From Sphagnum compactum (lineage: Eukaryota), in the NCBI GenBank assembly GCA_965153455.1, contig OZ234493.1, forward strand, positions 32,168,213 through 32,232,212: 64,000 bases of DNA. Reading direction: 5' to 3'. The translations under genes and the position numbers were made by a program. Positions 12,913-25,863 of the stretch are shown here, piece after piece (the stretch's first letter is position 1; every line of letters starts with the position of its first letter). The notes beneath the pieces are model-generated. The model worked only from the letters and a program-made list of their open reading frames with translations, did not search any database and was not told where the DNA came from.

Positions 12913-15251
12913 ATGGCGGACAACAGTCCTAGGACAGATACTTCTACTGACTTGGAGGCTGATGCGAAGGTAGACAACTGGGTAATAAAATTTCTATATC
13001 CTTTTTTCTTTTCTTGTGTGAATGACAATGAGTGGGATTCTTGTGCAATCACTACTACCCCTAATGGTTCTGTTGTTGTGCACAGTCTTCCTCATTTCAG
13101 TTGCACTGGTTTGTGGTTGTCTGGTGTGCAGCTGGATGACGGGCATCATGGCACAACTGGAGTTTCAACTGCATCTGACCATGAGACAACAAAGAACGGG
13201 GACTCCAAGGTTGGCCTTGAAAGTTTTTCTGTCCCTCTTTGTGTGACCAAGTGTTCTTCTGTACATTCAGGGAAGCCCTTGAAATTTGCTGTCTGCATGT
13301 AATAGATCAGGCTGCAGTTGGGAAGTTTTGAGTGAATTTTTGAAGTAAGGGTAGTTGGCTGGTTGTCTGCATGTTGTTGCTCTTTGCAGGCTCTCAGGCG
13401 GCTTGCTCAAAACCGTGAGGCTGCACGTAAGAGCAGGCTCCGAAAGAAGGTACTTTGATTTCTGTGTCCAGAAGAAAATTTTCTCCTTTGTTGTTGGACT
13501 TACTGACAACATACCTATTTTGAGTTTATGATAGTTTCATGGATGAGCTTCTGGGGAAATTACAACATTGCTGTTGATTATGGATGACTTAGGCATATGT
13601 ACAACAACTCGAATCGAGCCGAATCAAGCTGAATCAACTTGAGCAGGAGCTTCAAAGAGCTCGGCAACAAGTGAGTGGGTTCTTCTTTTCCTCATGATTA
13701 CTTGTTCACACATCTGTCTGGCAGTTCTGGACTGGTTCCACAAGTCCTTTTGGCACTACATACCTGAGAAAGGTGGAGGCCTTTGTAGGTTCAGGGTGTT
13801 TCTTGACATGGGTAGTGGTGGGTGTGGTAATGACCAGAATCCTCATTCCGCCAGTGCCAATGGTGTGAACGTTGCTGTAAATCCAGGTACTCAGCTTGCT
13901 CTATTTCTTTTCATGAGATTGTTGGATGGGCAGTTATATAAGGAGTTTACATTGGTATGAGGACCCTGTGACAGATAACTGCTGCTATGAATTGTATCAT
14001 TCCAAAAGACTTAATGTTATGTGGCACATGGTTTCCATAGATATGCTGGTCTGTTTCTTTGGTTAGGGTCATATCTATGATGTGTTGCTGTATGGCCGAG
14101 GTGCACACAGAACCTCATATTTTTTTTGGGTGATGAGTTATGTGAGCAGGGGCAACAGCTTTTGACATGGAATATGCTAGGTGGGTGGAAGAGCAACAGC
14201 GGCAGATGTGTGAGCTTCGGGCAGCATTACAAGCCCATGTGGCTGACAATGAGCTCCGCTTGCTTGTCGATGGGGGAATGGCACACTATGATGATATTTT
14301 CCGTCTGAAGGCTGTAGCTGCTAAAGCAGATGTCTTCCACCTTGTGTCGGGAATGTGGAAAACACCAGCTGAGCGCTGCTTCATGTGGATGGGTGGCTTT
14401 CGACCGTCCGAACTCCTCAAGGTGCATACAAATGATGGTGTCAAATGCTGGTAAAAGATCAAATTTTAGTAGTAATTTTGAGCTCCAGACTTATGTCATG
14501 TTTACCTGTAGCCCACCACTGGTGGGAGTCAAGCTTGTGGGTTAACTGTAAGTGGAGGAACAAATTTTCAGATGTGGGGGGATATTGGTTTGTTGGATGA
14601 ATGGGTGCAGATTCTGATACCACAAATTGAGCCATTGACAGAGCAACAGCTACTGGGAATCTGTAATTTGCAGCAATCATCACAGCAGGCTGAGGATGCA
14701 CTTTCACAAGGAATGGAAGCTTTACAGCAATCTCTTGCAGATACAGTTGCTGGTGGCTTGTTGGGCTCGTCACCCAATGTCGCTAATTACATGGGTCAGA
14801 TGGCTATGGCCATGGGTAAATTAGGCACACTCGAGTCTTTTGTGCGACAGGTACACAATTCTCACTGGTTCTCCTAATATGCTACTTGACTAGTACATAT
14901 GGGGATCCCTGTTTCTGCTTTTCCCCACCGGAGGTCCATAAACCATAGCATAACCCCCTGCAGCTAGCTAGGCTTCATAGTTGCTTTCCAAGAAGCAGTT
15001 ATGCGTTTTACTAGAGGGGTGCAGCAGCTTCATGAATTAGCCATGTGCTTTGGAGACTGGGAATGCAGGCTGGTTCCTTATTTCTAATCCTGGTGGCATG
15101 GCAGGCGGATAATTTGCGACAACAGACATTGCAGCAAATGCATCGCATCTTGACAACCCGTCAAGCGGCACGAGGCCTTCTTGCAATGGGCGATTACTTT
15201 GCCCGTTTACGAGCACTCAGCTCCCTGTGGTCCGCACGACCACGAGACTAG
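12913..15251 (+). CDS. TGA: TGA-family (group D) bZIP transcription factor with DOG1 domain. Exons: 12913(or further 5')-12969, 13132-13209, 13390-13449, 13593-13670, ~13795-13886, 14150-14421, 14611-14850, 15105-15251
   Basis: MADNSPRTDTSTDLE; bZIP LRRLAQNREAARKSRLRKK-AYVQQLESSRIKLNQLEQELQRARQQ; DOG1 region AFDMEYARW, KADVFHLVSGMWKTPAERCFMWMGGFRPSELLK, EPLTEQQL, QADNLRQQTLQQMHRILTTRQAAR, RLRALSSLWSARPRD. The true start may be upstream, and the exon 5 acceptor is ambiguous (see findings). Confidence 0.93.
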
Positions 15252-16839
15252 AAAAAGAGGAACAGGAATTGTGGCCTGGACCATGACAAAAACATTTTCC
15301 TTGATTAAAAAAAAAACGTGTGAATTCAAGGCCACGGCAGTGAACAATCTGGATTAGCTTGCTCCCCTGTTTGCAAGTGCACCCCAACTAATATAATCGA
15401 TGCACTGTAATGACAGGAGAGGCATGACATTGAAGGATTGTGAGAGTGGACAGTGTGCTGTAAGTAGGGTAGAAGGGTTTTGTGGGTCACTTTCTCTTGT
15501 ACAAAATACAAAAAGAACATAGGTCTATGGAACAGATTATGAGTGGAAATTATCATAAAATGCACCTTGGAGTAGTCAATGGATTGATGTGATAATCAGC
15601 AGAATTGTATCTCTTTTTCTTTGTAGAAGAGGGCTTGGGATCTGAGGGTAAATTTCATATCTTTCTTTCACTGATGCAGCGTTTCAGGGCCTGAACAGAA
15701 CCCACTTCTGCGATCATAAGGAAGAAAAAAGGTGGACTAAACACCTTTGAGAACTTCTTGTGTTTGTAGAAGATTATATGTAAACAGGGCTCTGTAAAGT
15801 GACACACCCATTCAGTCAATATGCATATGTGCTGCTTTGCAATGTCTTGCCATCTATGCACCTTCTGTTTTGTGATGGAAACAACAGCAGCACATGGGTA
15901 GGGTCTTTTTTAGTTACCAAAGAAACAGTAGTTTTTCAGTAACTTCTGCAGACTATTGGGCTTTATATGGGTTGCAGGGTTCTTACTGGGGACTATGTGA
16001 AGAAGAAGAGCTCAGAAGAAAGCAAGGTAAGTGGTGGCTAGGCTGTAACTCTCCTTTTGTTATTCACATGCCTATCTGGAATGGGAAGTTTAGGGTTTAG
16101 GGTCCTTTTCTTTCAGGTTGGGTTGTCACTTTTGTGCAGAAGTGTAGGAGGATGGCACATAGACAGACAGGTGCACACATATCTCTATTACGGGATTCAC
16201 ATTGCTGCTTGGAGAGAGCCGCTACTTGCACTTCTTCACAGAAATTGTGTAGATATATGGAGAGGCTGAAGAATGTATGGGATTCCATTTTATCTACCAG
16301 TTCTGTTTTCTTCTAAAAAAGAAAAGAGAAGAAAGTTTATTAGTGTAATTTTTTTACTGCTTTAGCATTTTTATATATATTCAGGTTTTCATATGTGCAA
16401 ATTTGCATCCAGAAGCTTGATGCATGAACATTGCTATTACTTCTACCTCTAAAAAATCCATACCCCTGAGAATGCAGAGAAATTCCACTGTTGCAAGAAT
16501 ACCTCATGTAATTTTGGTTGACAATTCAGCCATGAACCTGTCTCCTTGGATCTGTGAGAGATGAAAGATGTTGAAGGGTAAGGAACCTGGGATTCAAGAA
16601 TGGAAATGCAGCTCAAATGAAGTTTAAATCCATGAATATTTTTAAAGACCTTCGATAAAGAAAACCAAACATAATCAATCTTTCATGAATGTGAAAGGAA
16701 AGTCGACCAAAATATGAATTCTTTCCTCCATAAAATGTACATACAATCTTCGCAATGAGTTTGTACCTGTGCAATATTACTAAGTGAATGAAATTTCTTC
16801 AAGAAAGATCTGAGACCAACCTAAAAAATGTAGGACTAA

Positions 16840-17030
16840 AGAACAATTGCACTTCTCTTCTTGATAATCATGGGTCACTGGCAACGCAGAGAACAATTGC
16901 ACGTCTCATCTTGATGATCATGTGTCATTGGCAAGGTAGAGAACAATAGCACATCTTGATGATCATGGGTCATTGGCAAGGCGGAGAACAATAGCACATC
17001 TCATCTTGATGGTCATGGGTCATAGGCAAG
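16840..17030. repeat. ~45-50-bp tandem repeat, 4 copies, just downstream of the FAD4-like stop codon
   Basis: Repeated GAGAACAAT(T/A)GCAC..TCTTGATGATCATGGGTCATTGGCAAGG. Confidence 0.85.
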
Positions 17031-17179
17031 GTGGTGAGAGAGGGAGAAAGGTGGAAACATGGTCTTGTTTCAAATGATCTTTTGCCATAATTTGTGGCTA
17101 CAAAACAATTGAGAAGACGAAGTAGCAAATGAAGGACTAAAATGTAGTCTTGAGAATGAATCAATGAATCAGTGAATCA

Positions 17180-18349
17180 TCATCCCCTTGAATTGAATTG
17201 AATTATTTTCTCTGAAGATTGTGATGAATCAAGCTCAGAACCGTCTTCGAAGTATGTGCCTGTTTGTAGCCATTCTTGAGAGGTTTCGCTCCATGCTCGA
17301 GGAGCAATACGCCATGTAGAGTAAATGAATCTCTCTAGAGCTTTGAAGACATCATAGTTTGCAAGAAGAGGATTCCAAGCGCCACTAAGAATGCAATAAT
17401 TCACATCATAAGGAGGTTTATGATGAGCTCCATGCATTTTCCTTGAGACCAAAAACCCCCTTTCTTGGAGCTCCAGGACTAGCTTTGGTAACTGGGATTT
17501 CTTCATGTGAGCCCAAGCATGAACCTGTTGGCTCATCACAATAAAACCCAAGAAGATGCCAAGGAAAGAATCAGCAAATGGATGACTTGGGAGCACAAGA
17601 AATGGAGCTAAGAAAATGGCGGTGGGTCGAGCAATAGCATGGATGTTGTTGCAGAATTCTCGTTTGGTGATTGTCCATGGCCTTTGATGATGTCCTTGGA
17701 ATGCATCAATTTGAGCTCCAAAAACCGGGGTTGAAGCTCCTCCATAGTTGTCAATTCCCCAGTGATAGAATCCAGTTGCAAGGTCTGCAAGAACGTAGGC
17801 TGCAAAAGCTCCAGTGATGACTTGCAGGAAATCTTCTGTTGATGATGATGATGATGAGCAAGCCAAACAAGCTTTCATCACCATTCCTGTCACTGCAAGA
17901 GATCCAGAAAACACCCAAAACCTGTGCACCCATGTTGATTCCAGAGCTGTATCTGAAATCCCCATCTCCAAACGTCCAGAGCTTCTTCTGATCATCATCT
18001 CTTCCCTTTTGTTGCTGTTGTCAGCAGCAGCTGAGTCTTCTTCTTCTGCTTGACAAGAACTTGTTTCAGAAACAAATTCCAAAAGGGTTTCCCGTGGGAC
18101 AACAATCCTGGAGCTGCTGTTGAGCTGAGTTGTCCTGTGATAATCTTCTTGCAAGAAGACTGCAGAGATGAGAACCACCTTTTTATGGTATTTTCTCACA
18201 TGATCCCTGGATGTGTTTATCTTGAATCTGGAGAGAATGGAGATGTCATTTCTGGAGTTTGCTAAAGAAGGGAGGAATGCAATTTCACGCTGCCATTTTG
18301 TTGACGATGGCTTCAAACCTTCACCCATCATAGCTGCAAGCTTCGCCAT
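17180..18349 (-). CDS. FAD4: Fatty acid desaturase 4-like protein (FAD4; Kua/TMEM189 lipid desaturase domain), intronless, probable plastid transit peptide
   Basis: ADLATGFYHWGIDNYG, FQGHHQRPWTITKREFCNN, SQQVHAWAH, LVSRKMHGAHHKPPYDVNYCILSGAWN match the FAD4/TMEM189 histidine motifs. The ORF-track start at 18415 is GTG; the first in-frame ATG is at 18349. Confidence 0.92.
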   Translation of the reverse strand: MAKLAAMMGEGLKPSSTKWQREIAFLPSLANSRNDISILSRFKINTSRDHVRKYHKKVVLISAVFLQEDYHRTTQLNSSSRIVVPRETLLEFVSETSSCQAEEEDSAAADNSNKREEMMIRRSSGRLEMGISDTALESTWVHRFWVFSGSLAVTGMVMKACLACSSSSSSTEDFLQVITGAFAAYVLADLATGFYHWGIDNYGGASTPVFGAQIDAFQGHHQRPWTITKREFCNNIHAIARPTAIFLAPFLVLPSHPFADSFLGIFLGFIVMSQQVHAWAHMKKSQLPKLVLELQERGFLVSRKMHGAHHKPPYDVNYCILSGAWNPLLANYDVFKALERFIYSTWRIAPRAWSETSQEWLQTGTYFEDGSELDSSQSSEKIIQFNSRG

Positions 18350-20639
18350 GTTGCAACCTCTCCACCCACAAAGCTTCTCCAAAGCTTCCAATTCTTTCAC
18401 TCCCCAGTGGCTCACTTCTTTGTGAACTCTTTAGTGATCACTCTAAGTTTATTCGCAGAGTTGCCAAAAACCTGCCTCTAGAAGAACACCCCTCAATCAC
18501 ATTTGCTGCAATCAATTAGTCCCCCTCTCCCCCCCCCCCCCCCCGCCCCCCTTCCCCAAGAATTTGTTTCTGCTACTCAAAAGCTTGCTTGAATGTGGAC
18601 TGCTGTGCTATGATAGATTCTAAACCCACCACCACCACCACCAACAACAACAATAATAACAACAAAAGGAAACACTCTTGGTTGCAGGACACAAACAACC
18701 AACACCCACAACTAGCAACCCAACTGCTCCAACTTCTTCTTCTTGTGTCTGATCTTCTTCTTCTTCCTCAGCAGCAACACAACCAGCAACCCAACTGCTC
18801 CAACTTTTTCTTGTTCTTGTTCTTCAGCTGCAACACAATCAGCAAACCAATGCTCCAAATTCTTCTTCTTCGGCTGCAATGACGCAAGCAGCAGCAACCC
18901 AATTGCTTGAACTTCCTCTTCTTCTTCTTCTTCTTCTTCTTCTGCTGCTTCAGCTGCTGCAACACAACAACAACTGGGAGGTCAGGTCCACCAGCCTTTT
19001 TTTTTCCCTGGTTAAAAGAAATCTCAAAATGGCTAAAAAAAAAGTGTGTTTTTTTTGGGTTTTCTAGTTGCCACTATATTCTATAGTTTCTTTTTTTTGG
19101 AAGTATTGTCAGATTTTCTCTATTTGGGTTCCAAGCATGTAGCCAAAAATTGAAATAGGAAAAACTTTTTAAACTGCCAGATTTGGCTAAACTGGCTGCC
19201 AGATTATGGATGATCACCCAGTTCAGCTACATCACAAATCTGAAAAACTGGTGGGGACCAGCATGATCAGAAGATACGAAGAGAAGTGGAGAGTTGTGAG
19301 CCACTAAGAAATGGATGCACAGAAAGAGAGAAGAAAAAGCAACACAGCTAGCTTAGCTATTCTTGCTGCAATCTCTGTGTGCTTCCACGTACTGTGCATT
19401 GTACCACCCATTTCCAGCTTCTCCCTTTCTTCTCCCTCTTTTCTGCCTTGCTTGGGTATGTCCAGAGCATCCCCCCAAGCAGCTCTAGACTTCAGACCTC
19501 GTGTCATATTTTTCTTTCACTTACTTACCTCCATACCTACCTACCTATCTTCCTCTTGTTTTCGCACTTTTCTTTATGGGAAAATTTGTGCTACAAGCTT
19601 GTGCTTTCTCGTTGGTTGGTTGGTTGGTTGGTGCACAAGCATGTTCCATCAGTATATTCACAACAAAATATGCTTGTGGATTTTATTTTTTTAAATTTCA
19701 TTTTTGTTGAGAGATTTTGAGAGCTCTTTTTTTTTTTTTTTTTTGGAAGAACAAACAATAGACCCAACCTGACAAGCCATTGGCAGCCCCCAAGACAACA
19801 AGCTCATTGGCAGAGGGCCAGCAGGAGTTTCACTTGTAGACCACTGGGTTTGGGTTTGAACCAGTGTTGTGCCCGTAAGTGTTACTAGCCTGTATATACA
19901 ATGTCTAAATCCTATGTATGTGTAAATCATTTACATTTACACGTCCAAACTTTTTACACTTACATTTATCCTGTTCCAGTGTATATACGTGTATTTTTAT
20001 ATTTACACGAGGCCAGTGTCAATATTTGTCAAATACACTTGCGTGGCCCTGTGTAAATGTTTTGGGATGTGTAAGTGTAAATATTAAAATTATTCGTAAA
20101 GTCACCCTGTTTTTGGGCCTCCTTCCTTTCACCCCAAACCCTTCTTTCAGTCGTATCCATAAAGTAAGGAATTTTTTTATTAAATCTGGGAATGAAATGC
20201 TGAAAATCAGCATTTAATGCACAAGGTTCAAGACTAATTATAGTAGGCTTTACAAGTAGGAGCAGTGAAAATATATGCAACAACAGTGAAGACACTAAAG
20301 AAAAAGGAAAGACAGGGTGAAACTCAATTTACCACAAAAGCCAACTAGGCTGGAGTGAACTAGTAGCCACCAATGCACCAGTTCAGGATGAGCCCGTTCA
20401 AGCCATTTTGGGGATGAACAAAAAACACATCCTCTTCCTCTGCCCAAAGATTTGTGAGCCCCTTTCTCTCCTTCAAAATTTTCCCCTCCTACTTACTTCC
20501 CCCTCCTCCTACCTACCTCCCCCTTCCTACCTCCCTCACCTCATTTCCCGCTCACACCATCTCCAAAGCTCAGGAGAACTCCCGAGCTTGAGTAGCACAG
20601 AGCTTCGAGGAAACGTAGACACAAGGCTTGAGGAAGGTG

Positions 20640-21245
20640 GAGAGCTCAACGTTGAAGGAATGTGGAGAGGAGAAAGCAAGAGGAGCGCTTCATCCCAAGT
20701 GTAAAAGCGAGATAAGAAAGGTAAGCTCCTTCCCTTCTCTGCATCTTTTTTCTTTCCTATGGTTTTTTTTATCTTTGTGTTTTTTTTTCTTTCTTCTGTT
20801 TGAGAAGAAGAAGATGCTAGGACAAAGCGCTTGAAACAAAAAGGCAGAAGCAGGAGGGTAGAAGCAGGAGCCAAAAATGAGAGGGTAAAGCGAGAGCTTG
20901 AAGGTAAGCTCCTTCCTTTCTCTGCATTTTATTTCTTCTCTATGGTTTTTTTTTTCTTTGTGTTCTTTTTCTTTTCTTCTACTGAAAAGAAGAAGATGCC
21001 AGGAGAAAGTGTTTGAAACGGAAGTGCAAAAACGAGAAGGCAAAAGCGAGAGCCAAAAGTGAGAGGGTAGAACGGGAGCTTGAACGTAAGCTCCTTCCCT
21101 TCTCTGCATATTTTTTCTTCTTTATGGTTTTTTTTTTCTTTGTGTTTTTTTTTTCCTTTTGCTTGAGAAAAAGAAGATGCCAAGAGAAAACACTTGAAAC
21201 AAAAGTGTAAAAGCGGGAGCCAAAAGTGAGAGGGTAGAGGGCAGA
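20640..21245. repeat. ~183-bp tandem repeat, ~3 copies, low complexity
   Basis: (G/C)GTAAGCTCCTTCC(C/T)TTCTCTGCAT recurs at about 20719, 20903 and 21085. This array produces the many K/F-rich spurious ORFs here. Confidence 0.85.
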
Positions 21246-21319
21246 AATCAATGAGATGCATCTAAAAAGAAAACATTACTCATGGCATACACTAGAAAGG
21301 CAACACCTAACATTGATGG

Positions 21320-21612
21320 TGTTAACAAATAGGAGATCTACTCAAGTGCAAACATAAATCTTTATTGAAAGGAAACTAAACACAATGCTCACAACACGGA
21401 ACATAACATCAAGAATTCTTCAAGGTTCTTGTCACATGAAATACACAAACTTGTGTAATGAAGAAAAGAGAGCCAAACCATCAACACCAAGGTATTTAAC
21501 TATAAGACCATGCCACAAATAACCAAACTAATATAAGTAAAAAAAGTAACCTAATTACTTTCCTATTCCAATAACTAATAAAACCTAACTAGTTGAGCTT
21601 GAATTCTCAACA
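21320..21612 (-). repeat. 3' LTR of the copia element (~293 bp)
   Basis: On the minus strand it begins TGTTGAGA directly after the polypurine tract and ends TGTTAACA, giving canonical TG...CA inverted termini. Confidence 0.8.
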
Positions 21613-24600
21613 CCCCCCCTCAAGCTCAAATCCACTTCTAGTACACCAAACATTTTCTTAAACTTCCTTAACTTGTATGTACCTAAAGCCTTTGTGAAAA
21701 TGTCAGCAACTTGATCTTCAGTATTGACATGAATAAGGTCAATTTCTTCTGCTAGAACTTTTTCTCTAATAAAGTGGTAGTGCACCTCAATGTGCTTTGT
21801 CCTAGCATGATAAACCGGGTTGTTAGCAAGTAGTATGCTACTAATGTTATCATAATAAATGACAACAAGAGCATCCACTAACTGTCCCAAATCTGAGAGT
21901 AGTTTTTGTAACCAAACTACTTCACATGCAGCAATTGTTACACCTCTATATTCTGCTTCCGTGTTTGATAGTGCAACTGTTGGTTGTTTCTTACTGCTCT
22001 AACTAACAGCACCACTTCCAAAAGAAAACATGAAACCACTAGTTGATATTGTATCTGAAACATTGCCAGCCCAATCAGCATCCGTGTATCCATGTACTTG
22101 TAACTGGTTCTTGGCTTCATAAAAAATTCCACACTACAGAGTATGTTTTATGTACTTCAGTATGCGCCTCACTGCATCCAAATGTGGCTTTCGTGGTGTT
22201 TGCATGAATTGACTCACCACTCCAACTACATAATTCAAATTTGGCCTTATGATGGTCATGTAAATCAAACTCCCCATTATGCGCCTATACATACTGGTAT
22301 CCTCCACAAGGTCTCCTTCATCTGCACTTAACTTCACATTTTGCTCCAATGGAATTGAAATGGGTTTGCAACCCGTCATCCCATATTCGGACAATTTGTT
22401 CAAGGCATATTGCCTTTGTAGTAACCATATCCCTTTAGGGGATTGGATTACGTCAATGCCGAGGAAGTAACGCAACTCTCCCAAATCCTTCATCTCAAAC
22501 TTTTGCTTCAAAAGCTTCTTCAAATCAGAGATGTCTACATCACTATCTCCTATGATAATCAAGTCATCAACATAGATGACTACGACTACAATCCCATGAT
22601 CTGTCTTTTTCACATATAGTGAAAAATCTGCATTGGATGTTTGAAATCCACTTTGACAAGATACTGACCTATCTTGTCTAACTAAGCTCTATGTGCTCAT
22701 TTCAAGCCGTACAAAGCTTTCTTCAACCTACAAACCAAATTAGGATGTGTTTGGTCAACATAACCTGGTGGTTGTTCCATGTACATTTCTTCCTGTAAAT
22801 CTCCATGAAGAAATGCATTCTTTACATCCATGTGATGTAAAGACCATCCTTTTGCTGCTGCCATAGCAATGATTGCTCTTACGGTTGTCATTTTTGCAAC
22901 TAGACTATAGTTCTCCTCATAGTCTATGCCATAAGTTTGGGCATAACCTTTCGCAACCAATCTTGCTTTGTATCTGCTCACAGATCCATCTGCATTGTGC
23001 TTGACCTTGTACACCCATTTGCACCCAATTGCTTTCTTGTCCTTTGGTAAACCTACCAATTCCCAAGTAGCATTAACATCCAACGCTACCATCTCTTCAT
23101 CCATGGCATTATCCCATTTAGGGTTTCCAACTGCCTGTTCAAAACAAGTGGGTTCAACCTCCTGTATAACTCTCACCATGTATGCGTAATGATGAGCTAC
23201 AAAGCCATCATATGTGAGTCTTTGTATAGGGTCCTTGACTCATGTGGATCTTTGTAGTCCGTTGTTGTTGTCAGGTGTTTTCAAAGCTTTCTTGGCCATC
23301 CGAGCTCCGGGAGTAGTAACTGAAGGGATTCTTGATTCTTCACCCACACTCTTCTCTGAATCACTTGACTCATCATCTACATGAAGATTTTTAGATGATG
23401 TTTGAGAACTACCATGTACAATGTTTGAAGATCTTAATCTTCCTTTCCATGGAGTGCTACTGGACCCATTAATTGAAGACTCTTGTGGTCCACTAATTAA
23501 TTGTGATTCTTGTTCCACATTTGATGAAACATCACCATTTCTAACCTCTCCATCTTCTGCTATCTTCAATGGTGAGTACCAGCTAACCATCTCATCAAAC
23601 ACAACATCTCTATTCACTTGCAACTTCTAAGTAGAAGGGTTGAAGCATCTATATCATTTTTGTTCTGAAGAATATCCAATGAAGATACACTTCTTAGCTT
23701 TTGGGTCTAGTTTTGATCTCTTCTCATTAGGAACATGCACGTATGCAATGCAACCAAACACTCTGAGGTGTGAGACATCGGGTTTCTTGCCTATGAATTT
23801 TTCTTCAAGTGTCATGCCATGAACTGCCGTTGTGGGTGTTCGATTCATGATATAGACTGCAGTTGCTACCGCCTCAGCCCAAAAGTAATTTGGCAAATTC
23901 TTCTCATTCAACATGGCACATGCTATTTCTGCAATGTGCCCATTCTTCCTTTTAGCAACTCCATTCTGTTGTGGTGAGTAACTATATGAATACTTCCTTT
24001 GAATTCCATGCTCCTTCAAGTACTCATTAAATTCATTTGAAAAATACTCTCCCCCTCCATCCGACCTTAAGCACTTGATGCTCACACCATTGCTTTGAAA
24101 TTCAAAAAATGTTGAAACACTTCACCTTTGTGTTTCATGAAGTAGACCCACACCTTCCTTGTGTGGTCATCAATGAAACTCACATAATACTTGCATCCTC
24201 CAATGGATTCTGTCTTCGTGGTCCACACATCTGAGTGGATCATTTCCAAAGGTTTGGAACTTACATGAGTTGTTTGAGCTGGGAATGGATGCCTAGCTTG
24301 CTTCCCCAATTGGCATGTTTCACAAACTTCTGACATCACCTCTTCTGTTCCAAATTTGGGAAGACCTCCAACAAGATTTTGTTTCTCCATCAGCTTAAGA
24401 CGTTGGAGATTAACATGGCCAACTCGCTTGTGCTAAATTCCAATGTCTCTAGCTACTTTTCCATGTGTGAATAACATGGAATTCACCTCAGGCATGTTCA
24501 CATCCAAGGTGAACATTCGTCCATTCCTTTCCCCTTTTGCAATCAATTTGCCTTGGTGCTTCATGTCTTCCACAAAACATCCATTAGGGTTGAATGTCAC

Positions 24601-25863
24601 TTGTAAACCTTGTTCCACCATCTGGCCTACAGAGACCAATTTTTTTGTTATGGTTGGAACATGAAGTACATCTTTCAAGTATTTTGTTTGCCCATCTTAC
24701 ATGGACAATGGCACCTTGCTAATTTGTGTGATGGGGTGTGTAGTGTCATCACCAGTTTCCACAAACCCTGGTGTTTTTAAATCCCTTGTATCTCTAAACC
24801 ATTCTCCATGACTAGTCATGTGGTTTGAAGCTCCAGAATCCACATACCAGACATTGTTATCTGATACACCTCCTATCATTGAATTTGCCATGTGCTGCAT
24901 CACAAACAGTTGTTCATAACCTTGATTACTAGTTGATGCATAATTCCCTTGTTGCAACTTTCCATTTCGTGCATCGTGTTCCTTTTGATAACAATTTTTA
25001 GCCATGTGCCCAGGTTTCCCGCAATAGTAGTAGTTTGAGTCGTTATTTGGTTATTGACCTCGATGACTTCCACCACGACCTCCACGACTTCCGCGACTTC
25101 CTCTTCCTCTTAAGTTTCCTCGTCCACCTCCATGAGGTTGACCTTCATTTTGATAATGTCCACCATGCGAGCTTCCGTGTCGACCTCGAAATGAAGTTTT
25201 ACCACCTCTACCTCTACCTCTGTTAGTATTTGAGTAGAAAGCACTTTCTTATGATCCTCCATTGGATGAAGTGCCAACAATTCTCATCTCTTCACTTATA
25301 AGTAGGGTTATCAAGTCTTGGAAATCGGGAAATGTTTCTCGAACTGCAATTGAAGTACGGAACTGACTATAGTCTTTTCCAAGTCCATTCAAGTTCATGG
25401 CCACTAGATCTTCATCATCCACTGGGGCTCCTATGGATGCAAGAGCATCTGCAAGGTTTTTCACCTTTGTAGAATAGTCACTGATGTTAATCTTGTTTTT
25501 CTGTAGATTATGCAACTCTTGTTTGAGCTGCATTTTGCGGGCTTATGTATTGGTGCTATACATCTTCACCAATGTATCCCAAGCTTGCTTGGGTGATTGT
25601 GCATCTTGAATATGCACAATCATGGAATCAGACACACTCACAAAAAGCCAATACAAGACTTTCCTTGCTTTTTCATGCCAAGTTTTATTAGCTTGAATTT
25701 GTTGTTGTGTGGGGTTTTCTGGGAGAGGAGGTTCTTTTTCATCACCAGTTATGAACTCCCAATAAGCTTTCCCCATCAAGAAATTCATAATCTTAAATTT
25801 CCACACTTGGAAATTATTTTTGTCTAATTTCTCAATTGTAATTTGAGAATGACCGTCCGCCAT
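21585..25863 (-). pseudogene. Copia gag-pol polyprotein pseudogene
   Basis: Split into about 10 ORF-track fragments by in-frame stops and frameshifts. Confidence 0.93.

Noticed and set aside
18589..19067. Overlapping low-complexity ORFs upstream of FAD4
   Set aside because: Produced by (CTT)n/(CAA)n repeats and a short duplicated unit, on both strands.
20408..21261. Cluster of K/F-rich ORFs on both strands
   Set aside because: Artefacts of the ~183-bp tandem repeat.
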